In this document: positions 39,821-50,102 of the stretch, one piece after another | How the letters are laid out: each line of letters starts with the position of its first letter | Position numbering within the stretch: the first letter of the stretch is position 1 | Source: Octopus sinensis | Lineage: Eukaryota | Assembly: GCF_006345805.1 (NCBI RefSeq) | Contig: NC_042997.1 | Span: 156,302,001-156,366,000, forward strand | Direction: 5' to 3' | DNA: 64,000 nucleotides | Translations under genes and position numbers: made by a program | Notes under the pieces: generated by a model | What the model was told of the DNA's origin: nothing | What the model saw: only the letters and a program-made list of their open reading frames with translations | Databases searched by the model: none

Positions 39821-41513
39821 TTCAATGATGCAACACAGGCAATTACTCTTAGAGATTGTTACTAAATGTATGAACTTCAAAGCAGTAATATAATATTTAA
39901 TTCATACAAGACTTTCCAATGCCAGTTTGATAATTTATTCATCAATAGTAAGTAATTATCAAAGTGTCAAATGAATGCTTTTTTCCTCTGTTATGATGGA
40001 ACTTAAGATATAGAAAATGCATTTTATGTGTATATGTTTAACTGTATAAACTTTAAAGAATTACAGACAGTAAGAGGAAATTTTAGGAAGTAACAGTGCA
40101 GTAGCTGTGTGGTCCGCTTCATGAAGTCCTTGCTCTTCCCTCCCCCATTCTCAAATTTTTCTTTTGGCTCACAGAACTTTTCCATTACTCCAGGTTTTAA
40201 AACACTGTTTTACAGGATCCCAGGTCTGGTGTCTGGTGGGAGGTAGAGAGGGAAGAAATGATCCTGAATCTGGAAATTCAGCCATTATAACAGAGTGAAG
40301 TCTGTCAAAGACACACTAAATATCAGATATTGGCATTATACTGGATGACAGACCGAGTCTACCACCTAAGTAGACCTTGGCAGGATTTGAACTTGGAATG
40401 CAAATAGCCAGAACAAATACAAGGTGACTACAAGGTTACAGTTCCTCCAGTCCACCATCCTGAATTAATATTCTTTAATAGGCCTTTCTGGAAATAACAA
40501 ATGGTCTGGAGAAGAGTGAGTGATGGCTGGCAGCACAAAAAGGGTGATGGTGGAATTTATTAGATATGAACAGTTTTAGTACCAATCCTGCATATACAGG
40601 TCTCATGAAAGAAGAGAGAAATAGAGTGACCAAGATGGTTACAAAATATACATAGGTTCAATACTGTCCCCAATATGAGTGGTATGGTGCACTGAATAAA
40701 AGAGGGGGTAAGTGGAGAGAGTGAGTGATAGGGAGATGAATGATAGAGAGATGAGAGAATATTAAAGAGGGGTATTGAATGGATGTTTAACACAGACATT
40801 AAATAAAAGATAAGAACCTCCCCCCCACACATATATATACAGAGAGAGAGAGGGGGTGACAGACAGACAGAAAAGCATATAAACACTTGTAAGCTTGAGA
40901 AGCATATTTACATGGAATACAAGATACAGATTGCAGAATAGAGGAAAAAGAAAACAAAATAGAATTATGTAGTCTCGACAGCTGTTTCAAGATAGCTATA
41001 ACTTATATAATAACCATATTCATATGTAATATGTACATGTTGTCATAGATGTGGTCTCGTCATAAGTTCCAAAGAAATTGTTAAAGTTAGGTGTCCCTCC
41101 TTAAAAGAAGGAAAATACATATTTCATGGAAGTGTCTACAAATATAAAGATTTAAAGAGAACAGAGTGGTGTAGTAAGGGAGAGGGTCATGGAAACACAA
41201 GAAATCATAAAGCAGAAAGGGTGGTTAAGGGGAATCATCAGATCAGGATACAGCTTGTTGAAGACCAGAGAGGGGGAAGATAAAGTTAGTAGATGGCCAA
41301 AGTAGTGTATGTGTGTGTCTGTGCATGTATGTGTGTGTGTGTATACACATACATACATACATGCACAGACATGCACATATACTGCTTTACCTTTTCTGTG
41401 AGTAACTACTAAAGCCAATTCTATTTTGTACTGACAACATCACCTCTTTGGCCATCTACTAACTTTATCTTCCCTCTCATTGGTCTTCTTCAACAAGCTA
41501 TATCCTGATATCC

Positions 41514-41597
<84 letters not shown>

Positions 41598-41617
41598 ATA
41601 TATATATATATATATAT

Positions 41618-41705
<88 letters not shown>

Positions 41706-41780
41706 ATATATATATACACACGTGCACACACATACACACACACACATCATCATCATTATCATCATCATCATCATCATCAT
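41514..41780. repeat. Long (TA)n followed by (CA)n and (CAT)n
   Basis: Direct reading; other long (TA)n tracts at ~5575-5715, 34770-34852 and 48010-48118. Confidence 0.95.
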
Positions 41781-41959
41781 ACACATGCATGATGAGTGAA
41801 TCTCCATATTGAGCAAAGCTATTTCTCTGATGGTAGCAGGGTCCTATTTTCTTTCCTGTTCACTTAATCTAGTATTTTCTAAGTTTACTTTTTAACCTCT
41901 TGATTCCAGATTTTGCTTTGATGCTTAGAATTTTCTCTCTAAATCTTTGACCAATAAAA

Positions 41960-42190
41960 CTGTAAGAATTAGGTTATCAGCATTCAGGATTCCCATTTAC
42001 AGCCAGATATAAACTCCTTTATGGATTGTTCTTCATGAAGACTATGGAAAATAGAAGACATCCATGGACTGAGGCTCAATGGACCTTACTAACATATTAC
42101 ATTTGTCATTGAGTTCATTGCTCTCATCTTACTCACTGCATCTCTGTACATGGCCTGCATGGTTCTCACACTCTATATAAAGGGCTCAAT
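41960..42190 (-). mobile_element. RTE LINE reverse-transcriptase fragment, decayed
   Basis: MQAMYRDAVSKMR and GCKWE..ML (GCPWELLYADD-like region). Confidence 0.7.
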
Positions 42191-42592
42191 GTTGCCTAGG
42201 GGTGGAAATTATATAATATATGATAGCTATGATAATTAAAACACCATGCATGTCTACTTGTTTCTTTCCAAGTATTATAGAAATTTTCATTTACTGAGTT
42301 CAGTTTACTAACTAGTTTAAACCTTATGAATGTATAAAACGAATTTGTTCTTCTCTCACCTTCTCTCAATCAAGCACAGAAACAAAAACACACACACACA
42401 TATTTATATATACTAGCAGGACCTGTAAATATTTCATGGAATTAATGATAAACTTATTGGGTTATTTCTGAAAACTTTATCCAAAAAACCTGTGTTGTGT
42501 CCGTATCAAAAGATAGTCATTTATCTACTAATCATTGAAAAGTGAAGAGAATTGGAATACGATGTTAACTTAATGCAATTTATATATACACG

Positions 42593-42820
42593 AGGTCATT
42601 GCCAGTACTGCCTGACTGGCCCCCATGCCGGTGGCACGTAAAAGCACCCACTACACTCTCGGAGTGGTTGGCGTTAGGAAATGCAGCCAGCTGTAGAAAC
42701 TCTGCCAAATCAAGACTGGAGCCTGGTGCAGCCATCTGGTTCACCAGCCCTCAGTCAAAATCGTCCAACCCATACTAGCATGGAAAGCGGACGTTAAACG
42801 ATGATGATGATGATGATGAA
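42593..42820 (+). mobile_element. Family C element: RTE 3'-end-derived, (GAT)n tail
   Basis: Matches the 3' UTR end of the LINE at 48918-49115; other copies at ~2122, 8140, 9760, 10230, 11930, 25290 and 38690. Confidence 0.88.
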
Positions 42821-42862
42821 TATAGGTTTCTGTGTTGAGAGAAGGAAAGAAGCAGCAAATAT

Positions 42863-43083
42863 TTAATCCTTTAGCTTTCAGATTACCCAGTCAAGTGTAA
42901 ATTACACATTGTTTTGAATTAATCATGCATTAATCTTGTAGCTTCATGATTTCAATGATGCGATTGTTTATTTTTAGAATGGCATTGTAGAGTAGGTATG
43001 AGAGGCTGGATCTGGTCAGTTTGAACATAAAATAGATAGAATATTTGAGCAGGATATGGCCGGTTTAAATACTAAAGGGTTAA
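42863..43083. mobile_element. piggyBac-type MITE (TTAA ends)
   Basis: TTAA-TCCTTTAGC...ACTAAAGGG-TTAA. Confidence 0.7.
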
Positions 43084-43974
43084 TGAGACTGAGAGAGGTT
43101 TCTAAGAAAATGTGACTATATGAATAAATAAAGAATAGAAAGAAAAATGAAAGAAAAGAATGATACAATAAATCTTGTCAATTAATCACCACTGGTGGCT
43201 TTTCTAGTTAATGGTACATTTTTATGAAAGAAACATGAGTTTTGACACTTATTATCTTTATAGTGATTTATAATATAAGACTTAAAATGTTATCATAATA
43301 GTATTAAATTAGACATCTCAGAGAATGTTATCATGATAGCATTAAATTACACATCTCATAAACTAATCACTTATTCATTTCTTCTGTATACCCACCTTTA
43401 ACATTTACACATCACTTTCATCAGCTACATCAATGTTAATGCCACCAACATTTAAGTACTTTAATTAAATTTTTAATACAATGTTCAAAATTCTTAACAG
43501 TAATCTCTATATATATAAAACTGAGAATGTGTGTCTGTGTGTCTGTCTGTCTGTCTGTGTGTTTCCCTTAAACTTGAGAACTACACAACCAATTTCATTC
43601 AGATTTTACAAATGCCTTACTTAACTTTTTCCCTAGGGCGACCCCACAGCAATATCATATCTTCTCCACTATTTCAGTATTACATGTTAAAAGTGAAACA
43701 AAAACATCTCTCTTTTGTAATGCAGACACTTTCACTTTAATACTGAAACTATTAAAGTGAAAGTATTATATAACAGGGATGAACCATTAACAAGTGGTCA
43801 TCCATTTTGCTAGAAGAAAATCCGCTATGGTCTTATATGCTACACCATTGGTTTTCAATTCATATTAATCAAATTAATATTCAATTTTTCACCCTTATTA
43901 TATGTGTGTGTGTGTGTATTAGCAATCCGTATAAAATTGCATCAATGACTTGAACTTGAATAAGTGGTTTCCTT

Positions 43975-44720
43975 AAATTTTTTTTTTAATTTTCCTTAAA
44001 AACTTTTGAAAATTTTTCCCAAAGGTTTTTGAAAAATTTTTGAAAATTTTCCCCAAATATTTTTGAAAAGTGTTTTGAAAATTTTCCTCAATGATTTTTG
44101 AAAATTTTCCCCAAAAATTTTTGAAAAACATTTTGAAAATTTTTCTCAAACATTTTTGAAACATTTTTTGAAAATTTTCCGAAAAAATTTTCCCCAAAAA
44201 GTTTTGAAAAATTTTTTGAAAATTTTCCCGAAAGAATTTCAAAAACTTTTTTGAAAATTTTTTCCAAAAATTTTTGAAAACTTTTTTGAAAATTTTCCCA
44301 AATCATTTTTGAAAAATTTTTTGAAAATTTTCCCCAAAAATTTTTGAGAAATTTTTTGAAAATTTTCCCCAAAAATTTTTGAAAACATTTTAGAAAATTT
44401 TCCCCAAACCTTTTTTTAAATTTTTTCAAAAATTTTTGAAAAATTGTTTGAAAATTTTGAAAAATTTTTTGAAAATTTTTCCCCAAAATTTTTGGAAACA
44501 TTTTAGAAAATTTTCCCCAAAATTTTTGAAAAAGTTTTTAAAATTTTCTCCAAAAAGTTTTGAAAAATGTTTTGAAAATTTACCCCCAAATTTTTTTTTT
44601 AATTTTTGAAAATTTTCCCAAAAAATTTTTGAAAAATTTTTTGAAAATTTTCTCTCAAAATTTTTGAAAACATTTTAGAAAATTTTCTCCAAAATTTTTG
44701 AAAAATTTTTTGAAAATTTT
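43975..44720. repeat. Degenerate ~35-bp tandem satellite (TTTTGAAAATTTTCCCCAAAAATTTTTGAAAAAAT)
   Basis: About 20 irregular units read directly. Confidence 0.85.
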
Positions 44721-44810
44721 CGCTCAAGAATAGAAAAAGTCTTTTACGTTTTGAGCCTACGCTCTTCTACAGAAAGGGACACAGAAAAAACAAGGAGAGA
44801 AAAAAAAAAC
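44718..44810 (-). mobile_element. Partial copy 2 of the ~210-bp hammerhead-like element
   Basis: Reverse complement reads CTTT-CTGTAGA-A-GAGC-GTAG-GCTC-AAAAC-GTA-AAAG (G12 lost). It abuts (TA)n on one side and the 35-bp satellite on the other. Confidence 0.6.
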
Positions 44811-46430
44811 TAAATATATATATATATATATATATATAGTCACTTTTGTGACCTCTATTAATTTTGCCATTATGCTTTTTAATTTATTGTTTACACTTTT
44901 ACCGTTTTGAAAATCAGCACGTTTTCAACGGTCTTTCTTGTAAGACTGATAGAGGCAGTCGTGTTTTACTCTAGGCTTAAATAGTCGCTGACGAAGATTA
45001 AGATGGCCTGCACGCTGGGGACTTACCTCTCTTTATCAGTCATTAAGTTCAGTGCTCTTGTGGCTTTGAGTTATTTTAACAAAAACTGTGCTAGTCAGTA
45101 CCATCTGTCACTTTTTTGACCTCTATAAAATCTCCTTTATTTAATTGCTAATAAGCTACTCTTTTTTTAATCTGTGAGTGAATATATATATTTATATGTA
45201 TGGTGTGAGTGGGTGTGAGTGGGTGTGTGTGTGTGTGTGTGTGTGTGTAAATAGATATGTATACATGTGTGTAAGTGTGTGTATGCACACGCGAGCATCT
45301 GTGTATGTATATGCGAGCGAGTGTAGGTGTGCTTATATATATGTACGTGAGTGCGCGTACATATCCGTATATGTGAGCGTGTGTATATATCTGTATGTAT
45401 ATGTGTGTGTATATTTTATATATGTGTATGTATGTGAATGTATATATATATATATGTGTGTGTGTGTGTGCACGCGCGCGCATATATGCGTGTATGTGTC
45501 CGAGTGTTGAATCTTAAAGGCCAGCTAAGGAGAATCATATGTGTAACCAACCATGAAGAACAAATCAACAGTACAAAGAAATAAAATACCAATCTCTTTA
45601 AAGCGGCAACCACTTTAAGAGTATGAGAATCACCATCCCACTACATTTACGCATTCAAAGCAGTTTGCCAACGGCCCTTCACCAACAACATACCCTGATA
45701 GGCTTTGTGACTACTACTAAATTAAGGCCACGACAGAGAGATAGAATGTTCTTGAAGCCGAGGATTTTAAATTTATAGAGACAATATTTACATATCACCT
45801 GAGGAAACATAACTAGATCTCATAATGCAGGGAAATAGTTTCTTAATCAAGTACCTGCACATCTGGAGAACTACGTTGCTTGCAAATAATTGTAGCGATT
45901 AAAAAATAAATGTCCAACCGTACCCTTCTTGTTGATTCCAATGTTTTCAATTATCTATTCACACACGACAGATGCCCAAACGCAAACCTGGAAATACATA
46001 TAATACTACTACTGGAAAGCACAGTTTAAATGTGAAAGTGAACGAGTGAGCTTTATACTGTATTCTACTACGTTCTTAACAGAATATACTATAATTATAT
46101 ATATACATATATAAGACGGGCTTCTTACGGTTTACGTCAACCAGATATACTCACAAGTCTTTAGTCGGCCCGAGAGTCTATAGCAGAAGACACTTGTCCA
46201 AGGTGTCACGCAATAGTACTGATCCCAGAACCATGTGGTTGGGAATACATATATATTTATATATATCTGTATATATATATGGCAAGATGCGTGTGTGTGT
46301 ACGTGATTGTAGTTTATGCACATCCACAAATTAGCACGCATGTCGCTTAAATTTTAGAAGGACATTCGTCAACATCCTATCTGGGTTTTGTCAACTTATT
46401 TTTTTCCCAAGGCACCCGCGGATAGCGGTA

Positions 46431-46700
46431 AAAATCTATTTTCAACCATAGCTTTTTGACGGCGTCTAACAAAAAAAAAACAAGATAAAGAAAAGTGGAA
46501 GAAGAGAGGCAGAGAGTTTCACGGGAAAAACAAAGTGAGAGAGGGAGAGAGAGTAAATGACAACGTTCCTAAAAATCTATTTTCAGCCATAGCTTTCTGA
46601 CGGCGTCTAACAAAAAAAATAAAGAAATGTGGAAGAGAAGCAGAGTTTCACGGGAAAAACAAAGTGAGAGAGGGAGAGAGAGAGTAAGTGGCGACGTTCA
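46431..46700. repeat. ~140-bp tandem duplication
   Basis: AAAATCTATTTTCA.CCATAGCTTT.TGACGGCGTCTAAC...ACGTTC.T occurs at 46431 and 46572. Confidence 0.9.
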
Positions 46701-47729
46701 TAAAATATAAAATGTAAAATGTTTTGTCTTTTCTTAAACACGAGATATAGTGTTCAAATTCAGGATGTTTTTGAAAGACACTATATTTTATAATCATAAT
46801 ATATATACTTTCTCATACAACAATTACAATATATTTATTTTAAATCATTTATTTATTTTAAATCGTTCATCTTTCTCCCCTCCTCTCTCTCACACACATT
46901 ACTTTGGGTGCGAAAGAGTTTTGTTTTTATTTTACACCGATTAAAAAAGTGTTTTGTTGACAATCCATTTATTTAACAACAAAGAAACAAAGAAGTGAGT
47001 AACAATTTGTCAGTGAATTGCACAATATAAATGGGTACAATTTTCAAGGCTTCCACCACACCCACTCCGTTTCATGGAATACAAAAAGGGTTTTGTAGCA
47101 TATTTGAGGCCAGAGTAGTTGATTCCACGCAAAAAAAAAAAACGATTATTTTTCTTAGTGAAAATCGTGCAAATCTACAAATTTAACAACATTTTTCCAT
47201 TCATTTCTGTTTATGAACATGTATGCATGCACAAAACATGCTATAGGTGTACGTACGTACATGTGTGTTCGTGTCTGTTGCCCATATATATTTATATTAT
47301 ATTATATTATATTATATTATATATATATATAATATAACCAATTTCAACGGGTTTTGCCCAAATTTGACGTCGATATTACTGAGTTTGGTTTGAAATAAAG
47401 AACTTGATTAGCTTAATAATCGTAACTTAATCCCAGGCAAGGCTGGGTTATACTGCTAGTATATCAATATTTTATCTTTTTAAATCTCATAATAAGCTAA
47501 CATTTTATTAATATCATTATAACTACAGTATATCTTATAGATAGTCACCATACATATGTTCTTTTCAGAAAAAATGGAACAAAGACAAACGCTTCAAATT
47601 CTGAAACTGTAGGTAAAAATATACAAAACCATAACAGACTCTAGTGTAGAGAATCATTAGAGAATTGGAAAAATTACTTTGCATTATTTGTTCTGGGTTT
47701 TTACATTCTGAGTTCAAATATGGAGCTAT

Positions 47730-47910
47730 CAAGGTATTTGAGAAAGTCCATTTCATATGTGCTCTTAATGCTTGTTGCACCTGTGCAACTGCTGCATACA
47801 AAGTCTAGTTTTTCCATTAGCCGGCCAGTGGTCATATGCTACCCTCATACTAAATTTGTCACTGAAATCATTGCTGACTCTCAACTTTACTTTCTGCATG
47901 TTGGTACATA
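47730..47910 (-). mobile_element. RTE LINE fragments, decayed
   Basis: AESKVRVSNDFSDKFSMRV and FVCSSCTGA segments. Confidence 0.55.
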
Positions 47911-48006
47911 ACTTGTACAACCCTCACAGGTCATTTGTCTATGCTTAGTTTCCTTAGTAACCAACAAATTAGTGAACAAGGTATCCAGTAGAAGACTGAG
48001 AATAGT

Positions 48007-48117
<111 letters not shown>

Positions 48118-48118
48118 T

Positions 48119-49115
48119 ATAATGGCAGTGAAACATGGGCCGTGACTGCTGAGGATATGCGTAAGCTCGCAAGAAATGAAGCCAGTATGCTCCGATGGAT
48201 GTGTAATGTCAGTGTTCATACTCGACAGAGTGTAAGTACCTTGAGAGAAAAGTTGGACCTAAGAAGCATCAGTTGTGGTGTGCAAGAGAGACGTTTGCGC
48301 TGGTATGGTCATGTGGTGAGAATGGATGAGGATAGTTGTGTGAAAAAGTGCCACACCCTAGCGGTTGAGGGAACCTGTGGAAGAGGTAGATCCAGGAAAA
48401 CCTGGGACGAGGTGGTGAAGCACGACCTTCGAACTTTAAGTCTCACCAAGGAAATGACTAGAGACCGAGACCTTTGGAAGTATGCTGTGTGTGAAAAGAC
48501 CCAGCAGGACAAGTGAGGTCATAACCCGTGGCCTCAGTCTACTTTATGCATACCTTTCCTTCTTGGGACACAAAACTCTACTTGTGAAGACCTGTTGAGG
48601 CAAGTGAAAAACAAAATCAAAATCAAAATCGATCAACATCAATGGAAATCGTAGCTGTGATACCAGTGCCGGTGGCACATAAGAGAACCATCCAAACGTG
48701 GCCATTGCCAGCGCCGCCCTGACTGCCTCCGTGCCAGTGGCATGTAAAAAGCACCATCCGATCGTGGCCATTGTCAGCCTCGCCTGGACTCCGTGCCGGT
48801 GGCACGTAAAAAGCTCCATCCGATCGTGGCCATTGCCAGCCTCGCCTGGCCTCCGTGCTGGTGGCACATAAAAAGCACCATCTGGTCATGGCCGTTTGCC
48901 AGCCTTGTCTGGCACCTGCGCCGGTGGCATGTAAAAAGCACCCACTACACTCATGGAGTGGTCGGCGTTAGGAAGGGCATCCAGCCGTAGAAATATTGCT
49001 AGATCAGACTGGGCCTGGAGCAGCCTTCTGGCTTCCCAGACCCCAGTTGAACCGTCCAACCCATGCCAGCATGGAAAGTGGACACTAAACGATGATGATG
49101 ATGATGATGATGATG
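48119..49115 (+). mobile_element. RTE-clade LINE, 5'-truncated 3' end
   Basis: [10 protein letters not shown]...LRWYGHVVRM...GRGRSRKTW...DRDLWKYAV (ORF ends 48516), 3' UTR and (GAT)n tail; 5' junction lies in (TA)n. Confidence 0.92.
48665..48940 (+). repeat. ~62-bp tandem repeat (~4.3 units) in the LINE 3' UTR
   Basis: GTGCCGGTGGCACGTAAAAAGCACCATCCGATCGTGGCCATTGCCAGCCTCGCCTGGCCTCC repeated. Confidence 0.9.
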
Positions 49116-49626
49116 AATGGGGGAGGCTGGTTTATGGGGTTACCCTGGTTTTCTCATCCATAAGGGGTCAGGTGATATACTATAAGACCAAACCCCTTAT
49201 GGAAGAGAAACCTAGTGTGACTCCATAAACTGACCTCACCCATCATAATATTAACTGCTCTACATCTTAGAATGAGCTTCTTCTCTTGATGTATATTTTT
49301 TTACAAATGATATATATAAGGGCAAATTTTAGCCATTTCTCTGCAGACTGGAAAAAAAAATGATGGAGAACCTTAATTGATTTTTGAACCTTATTGAGTT
49401 TTCATCAGAGGTGTCTACATCATACTGACAGGCTCCAGATAAACAAGCAATCAAACTGTTTATATACTCAACAAATACAGCAGTTACTCTATGAAAAATT
49501 CCCTAATTTGCATACCAAAAGTGTTTAACACTCTATAAATACCAGCAGCCTATCAACGAGGATCTTAGTCCATACAATATCAAGGTATGATATAATATAC
49601 ATGCAACATAATATATATATATATAT

Positions 49627-49836
49627 CGCCATGTTGATTCGCTAGCTTTTGCACGCATATTTTTTTCTCTCCTTCTTTCTGTGTTTTTTTTCTCTGTGTA
49701 TCTTTCTGTTGAAGAGCGTAGGCTCGAAACGTTAAAGACTTGTTTCATTTATATTTCCCGAGCGCCATACTAATACAATTGTTTGTTTGTATTCCACCTG
49801 CCTTCGTCTTTTGTCTATTTTCATAAAGCTTACCGT
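49627..49836 (+). mobile_element. ~210-bp (TA)n-flanked element, Penelope-like terminal fragment with minimal hammerhead-like motif (copy 3)
   Basis: TCTTT-CTGTTGA-A-GAGC-GTAG-GCTC-GAAAC-GTT-AAAGA at 49701-49738; homologous to 31259-31472 and 44718-44810; (TA)n on both sides. Confidence 0.65.
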
Positions 49837-50014
49837 TATATATATATAATATATTGATCAAATATTCAATATGAGCTATATGTAGACATGCATAAATTCT
49901 ATAGGTTTAAAACCTTTCATCAGATCTCCATGAATCGAACTTTCTTCAATGCAGTTAATCTTACAACCTCTTTTATATCTACCCCTTTTGATGTTTGGGA
50001 ATTCTCTGATATTT

Positions 50015-50102
50015 TTTCGGCTGACGAGTACGAGCCATCTGTATTCACTGCATTTTTTGTAGCTTATTAAAGATGTCCTCGTACGAAACGATCGTACCGA
50101 GA
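50015..50102 (+). ncRNA. Type I hammerhead ribozyme (intact core)
   Basis: Helix I TTTCGG(50015-20)/CCGAGA(50097-102); core CTGACGA(50021-27); helix II GTACGAG(50028-34)/CTCGTAC(50078-84); GAAA(50085-88); helix III A-C/G-T with loop GATC (palindrome ACGATCGT); GTA cleavage triplet, predicted cut after A50096. Confidence 0.9.

Larger units (their letters stand above)
37796..40207 (-). mobile_element. Second hAT (Buster-type) relic, internally deleted, with SINE insertions
   Basis: Ends CAGTGGTTTCTAAC / GTTTTAAAACACTG; flanks CTTTACTT / TTTTACAG (5/8 match, central TA); transposase fragments inside. Confidence 0.6.
43504..47459 (+). mobile_element. ~4-kb non-autonomous Helitron-type element with cargo and nested repeats
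   Basis: A|TCTCTATATATATAAAACTGAG...(GTCT)n at the 5' end; CCCAG-GCAAGG-CTGGG hairpin (47432-47) then CTAG|T at 47456-60. That the two ends belong to one element is inferred. Confidence 0.6.

Noticed and set aside
41440-41812. Long ORFs rich in YI/IY, HT, CV, DDD or NNN here and at 988, 5416, 7805, 34768, 45148 and 48010
   Set aside because: They are translations of (TA)n, (CA)n, (GAT)n and (AAT)n microsatellites.
43973-44501. ORFs with repeated FQKFLGKIF
   Set aside because: Product of the 35-bp satellite; the period is irregular and the frame is not maintained.
44988-44994. Isolated CTGACGA as a hammerhead
   Set aside because: No downstream GAAA or helix II partner.
47569-47612. Plus-strand 44-nt exon candidate (TTTTCAG|...GTAG|GTAAAA)
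   Set aside because: Weak donor, opposite strand to the other candidates, and wedged between TE remnants.
48665-48940. CRISPR-like array (also considered for 57590-58090)
   Set aside because: Contiguous tandem units with no unique spacers, a eukaryotic context and no cas genes.
49865-49935. Minus-strand CTGATGA-A-AGGTT/AACCT hairpin just upstream of the real ribozyme
   Set aside because: Followed by ATAGAAT rather than GAAA, and helix I and helix III do not pair; at most a decayed motif.
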